Shown: positions 47,329 through 58,211 of the stretch, piece after piece
Numbering within the stretch: the first letter of the stretch is position 1
Layout of the letters: every line of letters begins with the position of its first letter
Assembly: GCA_965215265.1 (NCBI GenBank)
Contig: OZ244048.1
Span: 1,312,001 to 1,376,000, forward strand
Origin: Candidatus Poribacteria bacterium
GTDB taxonomy: Bacteria > Poribacteria > WGA-4E > WGA-3G
DNA: 64,000 bases
Reading direction: 5' to 3'
Notes under the pieces: model-generated
Databases searched by the model: none
What the model saw: only the letters and a program-made list of their open reading frames with translations
What the model was told of the DNA's origin: nothing
Position numbers and translations under genes: made by a program

Positions 47329-48816
47329 ATGCCTCTCTTTCAAAAAGCGATTAAATCCATTGCAATCCAGACTGCGGCCTTAGCGCTCTTTTTCTTACTA
47401 TATCATAAATTCTTGCACTACGCGATGCGTGAGGCATCTATTAACCTCGGCGCAGTCAAATTTAATAGCCACTTTGTACCTCTATACGCTGAGCCGAGAC
47501 TCGACCTCAGTTGGTGGCTGCTGCCCGCACTGTTCGTCTGCGGCGGGTTCCTCTATCTCTGCTATAGATATTTCATAAACCGTGCGTGGGAACCTGTTCG
47601 CATCATCGCCATCGCCATCGTCTGCTTCACGGCTATTCATATCACCGTCGCACAGATTGATGGGTATAACGAACTTCCTGAAGAGCAGGGACGGATATTG
47701 GCGTTTTTGGAGCCCTATACCCGCACTTCTCTCGAGTACTACGGAGATGTACCGCGGCTTAATGAAATGGGACTCCGCGCCTTTTTAAGAGATTACAGCC
47801 ATCCGGAACTGTTCAATACCCTCTCCGGCCACACTCGGACGCATCCCCCAGGCGGGGTGGTTTTCTTATGGGGTGTGAGCAAAATTTTCGGGTACAATCT
47901 CCTCTCGGCATCGTTGGCATCCGTCCTCTTTACCGCTCTCACGGTGATACCTATTTACCGGCTTAGCACGCACCTTTACGATGAAAAGATTGCACGCTAT
48001 GCACTCGTGCTTTTCCTAATCACTCCCAATTTCGTGATGTTTACCGGAACGTCCATGGACGGCCCCTTCAGCGTTTTCCCTATCTTCAGCGTGTATCTGT
48101 TTTATGAAGCACTCTCGCGCTTTTCTTCCGCAGAAGTGCAGCCATCACGTTTCCACAAGGCACATCTCTATAGCCTCTTAACAGGGCTTTCATTGGCGTT
48201 TGGCATGTTCATGAGCTATTCAACCGTGGTAATCGGCATCTTTCTATCCGTCTTGCTACTCCTCTCTCTCTGTTGTTCTCGTGAACACACTTCCTTTAGG
48301 ACGCATGTGAAGGTGCTTTTATTCGCAGGCATCGCCTTCATCGGCTTTTACCTTCTGCTCTTCCTGCTCACAGGATTCCGGCCGGTCGAGGCACTCTGGG
48401 CAGCTATTAAAAAAGATGAGGCAGGCATGGGAACCGGGTATGAAACTGTTGAACGCTATTTCCACCTGAGCTTTGCGAATCTCTTCGCCTTTCTCATCGG
48501 GGTAGGAATTCCCATAACAACTGTCTGGATTCGGCAGCTGGTACGCACGCTCCGCCCCGCAATTCGTCACAGACGGATAGATGCTACACCAGACACAAAT
48601 TTTGTCATCGGCTACCTCATTACCCTGCTCTTTTTCACATTTTCAACGTTGTTTACCATGGAGGTCGAACGCATCTGGATGTTCATGGTCCCGTTTCTCA
48701 TTATTCCTGTCGCGAAATACTTGACAGAACAGCCACGCTCCGATTTTTATGCCGTCTCTGCGATGCTCGCCGTCCAACTCATCCTCTCGGAGGTCTTCCT
48801 CTATACATATTGGTAG
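47329..48816 (+). CDS. GT-C fold membrane glycosyltransferase (family 39 / mannosyltransferase-like); start uncertain
   Basis: Many TM helices, HPPG motif, S.DG, EVERIW. Confidence 0.75.
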   Translation: MPLFQKAIKSIAIQTAALALFFLLYHKFLHYAMREASINLGAVKFNSHFVPLYAEPRLDLSWWLLPALFVCGGFLYLCYRYFINRAWEPVRIIAIAIVCFTAIHITVAQIDGYNELPEEQGRILAFLEPYTRTSLEYYGDVPRLNEMGLRAFLRDYSHPELFNTLSGHTRTHPPGGVVFLWGVSKIFGYNLLSASLASVLFTALTVIPIYRLSTHLYDEKIARYALVLFLITPNFVMFTGTSMDGPFSVFPIFSVYLFYEALSRFSSAEVQPSRFHKAHLYSLLTGLSLAFGMFMSYSTVVIGIFLSVLLLLSLCCSREHTSFRTHVKVLLFAGIAFIGFYLLLFLLTGFRPVEALWAAIKKDEAGMGTGYETVERYFHLSFANLFAFLIGVGIPITTVWIRQLVRTLRPAIRHRRIDATPDTNFVIGYLITLLFFTFSTLFTMEVERIWMFMVPFLIIPVAKYLTEQPRSDFYAVSAMLAVQLILSEVFLYTYW

Positions 48817-48854
48817 ACATGTCAAACACAGTTCTATTCATAAGGAGAAATTCA

Positions 48855-51626
48855 ATGCCGAAAAAACCTATTGAGCATTATGCACACCCTGATAAACTGA
48901 CGAACAACCCGACCCAAGAACTCAGCGGCTTTGCCGAACCAGAAGAACACGCACCGACGCGCTACCCACGCGATATCGCACTGGATCCGCAACTCGTCTG
49001 GAAAGGCAAAGAACAGCAGAACAACACCGACCTCGAAGTAACGGCTCCACCTATCTACACTCAAGAGCATATCCAACCTCAAGCCATCATCGAAATACTA
49101 CGCACGCAACAACAGCAGAAGGACGCACCTCAAACCGAAATGCTCTTCGAAGGGTTCAACGAGCTCGATTTTAACCAACGGATTGAGTTCTACCAACACG
49201 AACAGAACTGGCATAACCGCTTCATCCTAGGCGATTCGCTCGTCGTCATGAACTCGCTCGCCGAAAAAGAGCAGCTCAGAAACGCAGTGCAGATGATCTA
49301 CTTTGATCCGCCATACGGAATTAAATTCAAAAGCAATTGGCAAGTCAGCACCCGAAGGCGAGATGTCGGCGATACGAAGCCGGAAGACGTGACACCCCAA
49401 CCGGAACAGGTTAAAGCCTATCGCGATACCTGGGAACTCGGGATCCACTCATACCTCGCCTATCTCCGCGACCGGCTGACTGTCGCGCACGAACTACTGA
49501 CGGATAGCGGCAGCATCTTCGTACAGATTAGCGATGAGAATGTGCATCTCGTCCGATGCCTGCTTGACGAAGTGTTCGGCAGTGAAAACTTCGTTAACAC
49601 GATTACATGGACTCGTGCCGGTATGACTTCTTCTAAGTTATTAGCTTCAGTCTCTGATTACCTTTTGTGGTACGCAAAAGATAAACCACGGATCAAATAT
49701 AATAAACTTTGGGTTGAATGGAATGAACGGACTCCGGATCCGCTCCTTAAGTCCTATACGCAAGTTGAATTAGAGGATGGAACCCGGCGAAGTATGACCC
49801 GAGAGGAGAGAAAAAATCCCGCATTGTTACCTAAAGGGTCTCGGCGATTTCTAGAAATCTTGGCATCATCACAGACGGGTAGTGGTGCTACATACAAATA
49901 TAATTTTGAAGGACATGATTTTATACCAATAGGTAAAAGTCGAGGTTGGCCAACAACTCTTGAGGGCTTAAATCGCCTTGCAAAGCAGAAAAGACTGGTA
50001 GGCAGAAAACGTACTTTGCTGTATATTCGATACGCAACTGATTCATCAGGGCGTGAAAGAACTAACCTCTGGACAGACACCGCCGGGTCAACTCCTGAAA
50101 GAAGGTACGTCGTAGAAACCAATCCCAAGGTTATCCAACGGTGTATTTTGATGACGACAGACCCCGGCGATCTCGTGCTTGATCCGACGTGTGGGAGCGG
50201 CACCACCGCTTATCTCGCAGAGCAGTGGGGCAGACGTTGGATAACGGTAGACACCTCTCGCGTCGCGCTGGCGTTGGCACGAACCCGCCTCATGTCCGCC
50301 AAATATCCGTACTACAAACTTGAAGATGCAGCTGACATCAAGCAGGGATTTGTTTATAAAACCGCACCGTATGTCAGCCTCTCAGACATGGCAAATAACA
50401 CTGAAATTGACGATATTCATGCCAAATATGCAGAGAAACTGGATCCACTGATTAAATACTTAACGTATACAAAGGGGGGGGCAAAGACGCGGAAAGAACC
50501 GGAAGTGTCAGATAAAAGTCCTCAAAAGTTTAAAAACCGTTCGGACAAATCGGACAATAGAAAGACGTGGAAAGAGTGGGAAGTGCCGACAGAAACTGAC
50601 CCGGAATGGGATGCAGAATTTCAGAAGGTGCACCGGCAATGGCTCGAGCTCAGGCGGGAGCGGCAGCGTGAGATGGATGCCTCGACTGCGAGACGTGCAA
50701 AAAACGAAATTCTCATAGATCAGCCGTTCCAAGACAGAAAACGGGTGCGTGTGAGTGGACCCTTCACGGTAGAGAGTTTATCCCCGCATCTTGTGTTTGA
50801 CCCGACTGATGCTGAGCAGGCTCCCCCAATGTCCGTTCCCTCGAAAAGCTCGCAAGATTACCATAAATATATCCTTGAATACCTCAAAACCAGCGGTGTG
50901 CAGAATCGGCTTAAACAACAGCGGATAACCTTTGACTGGGTGGAGGCACGTGCGAGTGAGTGGCTTCATGCTGAGGGCGTATATACGGACGCGAACGGAA
51001 AAACCCAAACTGCTGCGATTAGCATCGGACCACAATACGGGACTGTCGGAAGAGAGTGGATCAACGAAGCCGCCAAAGAAGCCGTCCGCCGGGTACCCAA
51101 GTTCGATCTGCTCATTGTTGCCGGTTTCGCCTTTGAGGGGTATACCGCCGATGAATCCAAACGCCTGGGCAGCTTGACTATTCTTCCTGTTAAGATGAGT
51201 CCAGAATTAATGGTGCCCGAGCTCAAGAACACAGGCCAGGGCAACCTATTCATGGTATTCGGGGAGCCGGACGTGGAGATTGTGACGCATGAAGATGGCA
51301 ACCTCTCTGTAAAACTTTTGGGTGTCGATGTATACGATGCGGTGAAGGGATTAATCCGTTCGGAGACACCAGCCGACATCGCGTGTTGGTTCATTGACAC
51401 TGCTTATAGGGATGAGGCGTTCTTCGTGCGACATGCATACTTTACCGGTGAAGGTGAACCGTATCAGCAGCTGCAGCGTGCACTGAATTCCGAGATTGAC
51501 GAAGTGGCGTGGGAGGCACTCTATCGGACCGAAAGCCTCCCGTTCGCAAAGCCTGCATCTGGCAAAATCGCAGTGAAGGTCATCAACCATTATGGCGACG
51601 AAGTGATGAAGACTTATAACGTATAG
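48855..51626 (+). CDS. Site-specific adenine DNA methyltransferase (Type III Mod-like, beta class)
   Basis: AAGGAG RBS; YFDPPYG (motif IV) precedes LVLDPTCGSGTT (motif I). Confidence 0.93.
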   Translation: MPKKPIEHYAHPDKLTNNPTQELSGFAEPEEHAPTRYPRDIALDPQLVWKGKEQQNNTDLEVTAPPIYTQEHIQPQAIIEILRTQQQQKDAPQTEMLFEGFNELDFNQRIEFYQHEQNWHNRFILGDSLVVMNSLAEKEQLRNAVQMIYFDPPYGIKFKSNWQVSTRRRDVGDTKPEDVTPQPEQVKAYRDTWELGIHSYLAYLRDRLTVAHELLTDSGSIFVQISDENVHLVRCLLDEVFGSENFVNTITWTRAGMTSSKLLASVSDYLLWYAKDKPRIKYNKLWVEWNERTPDPLLKSYTQVELEDGTRRSMTREERKNPALLPKGSRRFLEILASSQTGSGATYKYNFEGHDFIPIGKSRGWPTTLEGLNRLAKQKRLVGRKRTLLYIRYATDSSGRERTNLWTDTAGSTPERRYVVETNPKVIQRCILMTTDPGDLVLDPTCGSGTTAYLAEQWGRRWITVDTSRVALALARTRLMSAKYPYYKLEDAADIKQGFVYKTAPYVSLSDMANNTEIDDIHAKYAEKLDPLIKYLTYTKGGAKTRKEPEVSDKSPQKFKNRSDKSDNRKTWKEWEVPTETDPEWDAEFQKVHRQWLELRRERQREMDASTARRAKNEILIDQPFQDRKRVRVSGPFTVESLSPHLVFDPTDAEQAPPMSVPSKSSQDYHKYILEYLKTSGVQNRLKQQRITFDWVEARASEWLHAEGVYTDANGKTQTAAISIGPQYGTVGREWINEAAKEAVRRVPKFDLLIVAGFAFEGYTADESKRLGSLTILPVKMSPELMVPELKNTGQGNLFMVFGEPDVEIVTHEDGNLSVKLLGVDVYDAVKGLIRSETPADIACWFIDTAYRDEAFFVRHAYFTGEGEPYQQLQRALNSEIDEVAWEALYRTESLPFAKPASGKIAVKVINHYGDEVMKTYNV

Positions 51627-51678
51627 TCGCGCAATATGAATCCGCGGCAGTCCAATCTCTAAAGAGGAAGAGATATAG

Positions 51679-54600
51679 ATGTCAAAAATTACCATAGAAA
51701 ACCCAGTGATTAATAGTCCGTTTGAGGAACCGCAGCGGCATTTCAGATTTAATGCACGCGGACTCACTGAAGAGATTGTTGAGGGGAGACGACGGAGTGA
51801 ATACTTCATGCCCTTCCCAAAACCGAAAAAGCAATCTCAGGGTACCCAGATGCAATTTGAACTCCCCGAGCGGGATCTGCGGGAGGCAAATACGTTTATC
51901 AACAACGTTCGGACGCAGGTGGCGGCGTGGCGAAACAGCGGTTACCCCGGCGTAACCCCGACGACGAAACGGTTGCTCGAACACTGGAACAACCCTGAAA
52001 ACGAACCCCGGCTCTATTTCTGCCAACGCGAAGCCGTAGAAACCGCCATCTATCTCAACGAGTATGACAACAGGCGACGAAACAATTCATTTTATACCCA
52101 GCTTGTCACAGCGAACGAAGAGGCAAATCCGGACCTCTTCCGCATCGCCTTCAAAATGGCGACGGGCAGCGGTAAGACGGTTGTGATGGCGATGCTCATC
52201 GTGTACCATACGTTGAATAAGCGTGCGAACCCTCGGAATAGCCGCTTTAGCGATGCTTTTCTGATTGTCACACCGGGGGTAACCATCCGCGATCGACTCC
52301 AGGTCCTCCGTCCAGAAGAGCCGGAAAATGACTATCAGAAAATGAATCTGATCCCGCGAGATGGGTATGATGCCCTCGGTCAGGCGAAAATCGTCATCAC
52401 GAATTACCATGCATTTTTGTGTCGAAAGAGAAGCGAATTAAGCAGAATAGGAGAAAAAGTACTGGGCGAAAATGCTAAAAACTTCAGAGAAACGCCGGAA
52501 GAGATGGTAGCACGTGTCTGCCGTGGGCTCGATAAGAAGAAAGATATTGTTGTGCTAAACGATGAGGCACATCACTGTTATCGCCCCAAAACCGATAAGG
52601 AATCCGCACCCACAGAAGACGAGGCGCGTTTATGGATAAACGGGCTTGAGGCCGTGGAAGCGAAACTCGGCATAAAACAGGTTTATGATCTGTCTGCTAC
52701 CCCGTTCTTTCTCAAAAACGCCGGTTATTCAACCACTACGTCGAATGGGAAGAAATTGAAAGAAGGAGTCCTATTTCCGTGGGTAGTCTCCGATTTTGCG
52801 TTAATTGACTCGATCGAGTGCGGTATCGCCAAAGTCCCACGTGTCCCAGTCGCTGATGATACAATGAGAGGCGACCCGATTTATCTATGTCTCTGGGAGG
52901 TTGTGCGCCCCAAACTCAGGGGTATACCTTCTCGCGGTGAGCCGCAGCTGCCACAAGAATTAGAAACCGCGCTCCAAACCCTCTATAGCAATTATGAGAA
53001 GACGTATGACTTGTGGCAGAAAGAACCGCACGGGTTAACCCCACCTGTCATGATTGTCGTTTGCAATAACACGAAAGTCTCCAAACGTGTTTACGACTGG
53101 ATGGCTGGGTGGGAGAAAAAGACTGCTGCTGGTGACAAGGTCGTTGTCAAAGGCAAACTCCCAATTTTCAATAACGAGCGTGACGGGCACTGGAGCGATA
53201 AACTGAACACACTTCTCATTGATAGTAAGCAGCTGGAATCCGGCGAGGCTCTGAAAGGTGAATTTAAAAAAGCAGTTCGCACTCAGATAGAACAGTTCAT
53301 GCGCAAGAAGAACGTGGAGAAAGTTACAGATGCCGAACTATTGCGCGAAGTGATGAACACCGTTGGGAAGCGTGGTCAGCTCGGTGAACACATTAAATGT
53401 GTCATCTCCGTCTCCATGCTAAGTGAGGGCTGGGATGCGAAGCGTGTGACGCATATCCTTGGCGTGCGTGCCTTCAGTACGCAGCTGCTCTGTGAACAGG
53501 TCGTCGGCAGGGGTTTACGACGTTCCAGTCACGAGGTCGAACACAGAATTCTTAATGTAAATGGAAAGCAGCTCGAATTAGAAACGTTTCCGCCAGAATA
53601 CGCGGAGGTCTACGGGGTTCCGTTCTCATTCATTCCTGCGACGGGGAGTGGTAGAATCATCCGTCCGTTACCTTCAACCACAGTGGAGGCGCTCCCTGAA
53701 CGGAAAGGAGCATGTGAAATTAAATTTCCGAAGGTCGTGGGGTACCGTCGCCAATTGCCGCCTGACACGATTCGCGTGCTTTTCACGCAGGCATCGCGTT
53801 ATGAGCTCTCTACTGCTGAAGTGCCATCTATGACAGAAATTGAGGGGATAACAGGCGGTATTGAAGAGGTCCGCTTGCGTGTCGCGGAGGAACGCCTCCA
53901 GAAAAGCGAGTATTTTCTTGCGAACGTCGTCTTGCAGATGCATGAGCAGGATCCGGCTAACGACGCAAGGTGGTGGCTCTTCCCACAAGTGCTCCGCATC
54001 ACACGCCAATGGATGAAAGAGTGCGTTACCTATAAAGACAATACTTATCCGCAGTTTTTCCTGATTGGTGAAATCGCACGCAAAGCAGCACATCGGATTC
54101 ATAATGCAATCCTTAGGGCAGAACAACAAGCCCAAACCAGTCAATCGGCATCGGAAAACGAGCCATCACTGCAGGGGTTTCGCCCAATTTTTCTAGACAA
54201 AATGCACGTCGGATCCACTGAAGGTGTGTGGTTTGAAACAACCCAGCCCACCTGGGAGACACATCCGCAGAAGTGTCATATCTCGCATGTCGTCGCGCAG
54301 ACAGACTCATGGGAGCAGAAAACCGCCCAGGCATTAGAACAGATGCCGGAGGTGCTCGCGTACGTTAAAAATCACAATATGGATTTCACGATTCCATACA
54401 TCAATCACAACGGAGAGAGCCGACAATATGTTCCGGACTTCATCGCTCAGATCCGGAAACAGCACACGGATTCTGACGACGATATCGTGAATCTTATCTT
54501 GGAAACTTCCGGCAAAGCACGCGAAGATAAGGTGCAGAAGGTAAACACAGTCGAAAATATGTGGTTACCGGCTGTGAACACCCATGGTGAGTTTGGCGAG

Positions 54601-54690
54601 TGGACTTTTCTAGAAATCACCGATCCGTGGGATATGCAGAACACTATCCGTGAATTCATGAACGAATATAGTTCGTCATCGCTACGGTAG
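51679..54690 (+). CDS. Type III restriction-like helicase-endonuclease (Res subunit)
   Basis: MATGSGKT, NDEAHH, LSATP, SMLSEGWD, EQVVGRGLRR, C-terminal YVPDFI...ILETSG nuclease motif. Confidence 0.92.
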   Translation: MSKITIENPVINSPFEEPQRHFRFNARGLTEEIVEGRRRSEYFMPFPKPKKQSQGTQMQFELPERDLREANTFINNVRTQVAAWRNSGYPGVTPTTKRLLEHWNNPENEPRLYFCQREAVETAIYLNEYDNRRRNNSFYTQLVTANEEANPDLFRIAFKMATGSGKTVVMAMLIVYHTLNKRANPRNSRFSDAFLIVTPGVTIRDRLQVLRPEEPENDYQKMNLIPRDGYDALGQAKIVITNYHAFLCRKRSELSRIGEKVLGENAKNFRETPEEMVARVCRGLDKKKDIVVLNDEAHHCYRPKTDKESAPTEDEARLWINGLEAVEAKLGIKQVYDLSATPFFLKNAGYSTTTSNGKKLKEGVLFPWVVSDFALIDSIECGIAKVPRVPVADDTMRGDPIYLCLWEVVRPKLRGIPSRGEPQLPQELETALQTLYSNYEKTYDLWQKEPHGLTPPVMIVVCNNTKVSKRVYDWMAGWEKKTAAGDKVVVKGKLPIFNNERDGHWSDKLNTLLIDSKQLESGEALKGEFKKAVRTQIEQFMRKKNVEKVTDAELLREVMNTVGKRGQLGEHIKCVISVSMLSEGWDAKRVTHILGVRAFSTQLLCEQVVGRGLRRSSHEVEHRILNVNGKQLELETFPPEYAEVYGVPFSFIPATGSGRIIRPLPSTTVEALPERKGACEIKFPKVVGYRRQLPPDTIRVLFTQASRYELSTAEVPSMTEIEGITGGIEEVRLRVAEERLQKSEYFLANVVLQMHEQDPANDARWWLFPQVLRITRQWMKECVTYKDNTYPQFFLIGEIARKAAHRIHNAILRAEQQAQTSQSASENEPSLQGFRPIFLDKMHVGSTEGVWFETTQPTWETHPQKCHISHVVAQTDSWEQKTAQALEQMPEVLAYVKNHNMDFTIPYINHNGESRQYVPDFIAQIRKQHTDSDDDIVNLILETSGKAREDKVQKVNTVENMWLPAVNTHGEFGEWTFLEITDPWDMQNTIREFMNEYSSSSLR

Positions 54691-54696
54691 ACGAAG

Positions 54697-55794
54697 ATGC
54701 GAATTCTCTATGTGATCGATTCCATGACGAAAGATGGGGCTGAATCGCAGTTGCTCAAAACAGCCGCCCGCTTGTCCCCAGCACAGTATGAGGTATATGT
54801 AGTGTTGAGTCGCGCAGTTGGAGAATACGCGGATAGGTTAACCGCATGCCCGGCTGTACGCGAGGTTATTGCCATAGGGCGGGAGCGGAAGCGGATGCAT
54901 ATCGTCGAAAAGGCGTTCAGTTTGGCTGGAATTATCAGGGCAATTCAACCGGATGTTGTTCATAGTTGGCTATGGTACTCGAATTTTCTATGTGGTTTGT
55001 CTCGGAAGCTCGGTTTTTGGCGGTGCATCCCGTTCATCGCATCGCAGCGCGGGGATTATCAGGCACGGTACGGCAGCTTTCGACTCTGGTTGACCGAGAA
55101 GATTATCTATAATACTGCGGATACGCTGCTGACAAATTCCGAACGAATCCAACGGAACCTCCGCGAGCAGTATCCAGAGAAAAAAATCTTTGCTATCCCC
55201 AATCTATTGGAATTACCGACTCTCGAATTGCGGAAGTGTGGGGATAAAGAAGAAAAATTGATTGTGAGCGTCGGGCGATTCGCGCCAGAAAAAGGGCACC
55301 GTTATCTGATAGAGGCCTTGAAACTCCTCAAGCAAGACGACAAAGAATTAACCTGGCGATGCACGTTCCTCGGCGACGGTGAACTCAAAGGCGAGCTGCA
55401 TAACCTCACTGCACAATACAAACTCACGGAACAGGTTACGTTCCCCGGATTTTGTGAAGATGTTTTCTCTTTCTTATCCATGGCTGATGTCTTTGTGCTT
55501 CCGTCTCTGCATGAAAGCTCGCCGAACGCACTGATTGAGGCGATGGGTATTGGACTGCCGTGTATTGCCTCAGAGGTAGGCGGTGTAACCGATCTGATCG
55601 AGCATGAGAAAAATGGCGTTTGCGTCGTGCCGCGGAATCCTACCGCTTTGGCGGCAGCACTGCGGCATATTTTGTCCGAGCCGGCCATCGCCATAGAGCT
55701 CGGCAAAAACGCACAACTAACGATTAAGCAGAAATTCAACAGTGCCGACTCTCTCCAGAAGTTGGAGGAGATTTATCACGGCTTTTTGAGGTAA
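54697..55794 (+). CDS. Glycosyltransferase family 4
   Basis: GAE, VGRFAPEKG, PSLHESSPNALIEAM. Confidence 0.92.
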   Translation: MRILYVIDSMTKDGAESQLLKTAARLSPAQYEVYVVLSRAVGEYADRLTACPAVREVIAIGRERKRMHIVEKAFSLAGIIRAIQPDVVHSWLWYSNFLCGLSRKLGFWRCIPFIASQRGDYQARYGSFRLWLTEKIIYNTADTLLTNSERIQRNLREQYPEKKIFAIPNLLELPTLELRKCGDKEEKLIVSVGRFAPEKGHRYLIEALKLLKQDDKELTWRCTFLGDGELKGELHNLTAQYKLTEQVTFPGFCEDVFSFLSMADVFVLPSLHESSPNALIEAMGIGLPCIASEVGGVTDLIEHEKNGVCVVPRNPTALAAALRHILSEPAIAIELGKNAQLTIKQKFNSADSLQKLEEIYHGFLR

Positions 55795-55863
55795 CGCTGC
55801 CAATGAATACTCCGCTTTCCATCTTGAGCTACCTCTCTTATCGCTACTATAGAGAACCAATAG

Positions 55864-56739
55864 ATGCGTCAATTTCTTAAAAATCTGATCGCAGCCGTAG
55901 TCTATTTATCAGGTATGCCGTTCTTGACTCGGGAGTGGGGGTGCCGCAACAGGGTAGGCATCCTCATGTATCATGATGTCACACCGGAACTTTTCGCAAA
56001 ACATCTCGACTATCTCTCGAGACACTATAGAATTATTCCGCTGGATAGACTCATCACTGCCATTCGCTGCCAAAGTTTTTCACAGATGCATCCAAAGAGC
56101 GTGGTGATTACCATTGACGATGGGCATGCTGGCAACGTCGCACTGTTGCCGCTCTTCAAAACCTATAATATTCGTCCTACTCTCTACGTATGCACCCAGC
56201 TGATCAATACGCATCGGCACTTCTGGTTTAAAATAGCAGGACAGTCAAAGCGTTACAAAGAAGGATTAAAAAAAGTGAGGAATTCAGAACGGTTGGCACG
56301 GCTGAAACGGGATGCTAATTTTGAACCTGAGACGGAATTTCCGGAACGGCACGCGCTCAATCTGGCGGAATTGCGCCAGATGATGACTCAGGTTGATTTT
56401 CAACCGCATAGTCAATTTCATCCGATTCTCCCACACTGCACACAAGCGGAATGTCAGAAAGAGATCCTCGGCAGTAAACACGATTTAGAACGACTTTTGG
56501 ATATTGAATGCACTCATTTCAGTTATCCGAATGGGGATTATACGCCGCGTGAGATTGAGCTCGTCAAAGCTAGCGGCTTTCGTTCTGCACGAACGACGGA
56601 TATAGGGTGGAATACGTTACAGACAGATGCATATCGGTTAAAAGTTATACCGATAAGCGATGATGCAGGGCTGCTACGATTTCGTGCCGAGTTAACAACG
56701 ATTCCACAACGGCTCTATCGGTTTTTTCGGCGGAGGTAA
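55864..56739 (+). CDS. Polysaccharide deacetylase family protein
   Basis: ILMYHDV, ITIDDG, HSQFHP, FSYPNG. Confidence 0.9.
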   Translation: MRQFLKNLIAAVVYLSGMPFLTREWGCRNRVGILMYHDVTPELFAKHLDYLSRHYRIIPLDRLITAIRCQSFSQMHPKSVVITIDDGHAGNVALLPLFKTYNIRPTLYVCTQLINTHRHFWFKIAGQSKRYKEGLKKVRNSERLARLKRDANFEPETEFPERHALNLAELRQMMTQVDFQPHSQFHPILPHCTQAECQKEILGSKHDLERLLDIECTHFSYPNGDYTPREIELVKASGFRSARTTDIGWNTLQTDAYRLKVIPISDDAGLLRFRAELTTIPQRLYRFFRRR

Positions 56740-56741
56740 GC

Positions 56742-57431
56742 GTGAAGCAGGACTTAGGGCGGTGGCACCGCGCCTATATTAAGAACGCGTACCGGGAGTT
56801 GGAACGCGGCACGACGCGAAAACAGATTGATGCGCTCGGTATTAACGCTACCCGGAAAAAGGTTTTGGACGTAGGATGCGGTGCAGGGAACCTCCTCGTC
56901 GCGCTTGCTCTGGATGCACCGAGCCTCTTAGTCGGAGTTGATGTGGATATGACGTTCTTGGAATTCACACCGCCAGTTCACTTGAGGCACAACGGTGAAA
57001 TACCAATACGAAAACTTCGTGCCGGGCTGCCCGCCTTGCCGTTTAAAAACGAAACGTTTGACTTGGTAACCTGCTTCCTCGTTATGCCACATGTTCCGGA
57101 GGACAAAGCCGCTTTAACAGAGCTCGCACGTGTGTTGAAACCCGGAGGCACCCTCGCACTGTCCGGGCATGGATTCGGATTCCCGCTCAGTTATCTTAAA
57201 CGTCTTAAATTAAAACCGTTGATTATGTATCTCGCCACCCTGATTTATAGATGCACAGGAAAAAAGTGGATCCGGAACACGCTTCAGAGTGATAAAAAAG
57301 TGTGCGATATCCTCCGCAGCATCGGCATGAGCCCGGATAGGCAGCTCCGCCCTAAAAAGACGTTCGGGCACGTCACGACCTATTGCATCCGTGCAATGAA
57401 GAACGATACAAGCCCCAGCCCGATGCAGTAA
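56742..57431 (+). CDS. Class I SAM-dependent methyltransferase
   Basis: VLDVGCGAG, LPF..ETFDLV, RVLKPGG. Confidence 0.88.
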   Translation: MKQDLGRWHRAYIKNAYRELERGTTRKQIDALGINATRKKVLDVGCGAGNLLVALALDAPSLLVGVDVDMTFLEFTPPVHLRHNGEIPIRKLRAGLPALPFKNETFDLVTCFLVMPHVPEDKAALTELARVLKPGGTLALSGHGFGFPLSYLKRLKLKPLIMYLATLIYRCTGKKWIRNTLQSDKKVCDILRSIGMSPDRQLRPKKTFGHVTTYCIRAMKNDTSPSPMQ

Positions 57432-58204
57432 TAGGAAAAAACCGAGAATTTGCCGCGGTTTAGCATCGCCAAAAGAATTCGCAAGGCGATGTAACCCACA
57501 ACGAACGAGGCGAGCATCCCACCGCCTATGATGTGGATAGGTATGGCGGTATCCACAACATCGCGCATTTTAAGTACAACAGCACCGAGTATCGCCGGCA
57601 GCGAAAGCAGGAAAGAGTATTCCGCTGCTGTTTTTGCAGGAATGCCGCACAACAGCGCAACCGAAATCGTTGTTCCAGAACGGGAGATGCCGGGCGTAAT
57701 TGCACACCCTTGCGCTACGCCGATCAGCGGCGTATGCCACGCCTTGAGCGGCTGCTCTGTTTGGTCACGCCGCCGCAGACGCGGCAATTGGAGAATGCCA
57801 CCGGTGAGAATTAACATCACGCTCACGAGCTGCACCTCATCGAAAAACGATTCAAGCGTGTCCTTAAATAGCACAGCGATGAGACCTGTTGGAATAGAAC
57901 CGAGCAAGATTAACCAGATAAACTTCAACTCTGAGGAGGTGCTGAGCGTCCGGATCGGATGCCTATAAAGTTGCGGTGTCGCTACCGCAGAGAAGCCGCC
58001 TTTTAAGAGCCGCACGATTGCATACCGATAAACGAGCACAACCGCCGCTAACGTGCCGAGGTGGAGCATCACATCAAAGAAGACAAGCGGCTCGTTCAAG
58101 CCGAGGAATGTCTGTGCTAAAACCAGATGTCCCGAGCTGCTCACTGGCAGAAATTCGGTTAAGCCTTGTAAAACACCGAGCAGAATTGCTTCAAGAAAGG
58201 TCAT
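57380..58204 (-). CDS. uppP: Undecaprenyl-diphosphatase
   Basis: QGLTEFLPVSSSGHL, PGISRSG.T, AAEYSFLL. Confidence 0.96.
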   Translation of the reverse strand: MTFLEAILLGVLQGLTEFLPVSSSGHLVLAQTFLGLNEPLVFFDVMLHLGTLAAVVLVYRYAIVRLLKGGFSAVATPQLYRHPIRTLSTSSELKFIWLILLGSIPTGLIAVLFKDTLESFFDEVQLVSVMLILTGGILQLPRLRRRDQTEQPLKAWHTPLIGVAQGCAITPGISRSGTTISVALLCGIPAKTAAEYSFLLSLPAILGAVVLKMRDVVDTAIPIHIIGGGMLASFVVGYIALRILLAMLNRGKFSVFSYYCIGLGLVSFFIARMQ

Positions 58205-58211
58205 GGGTAGT

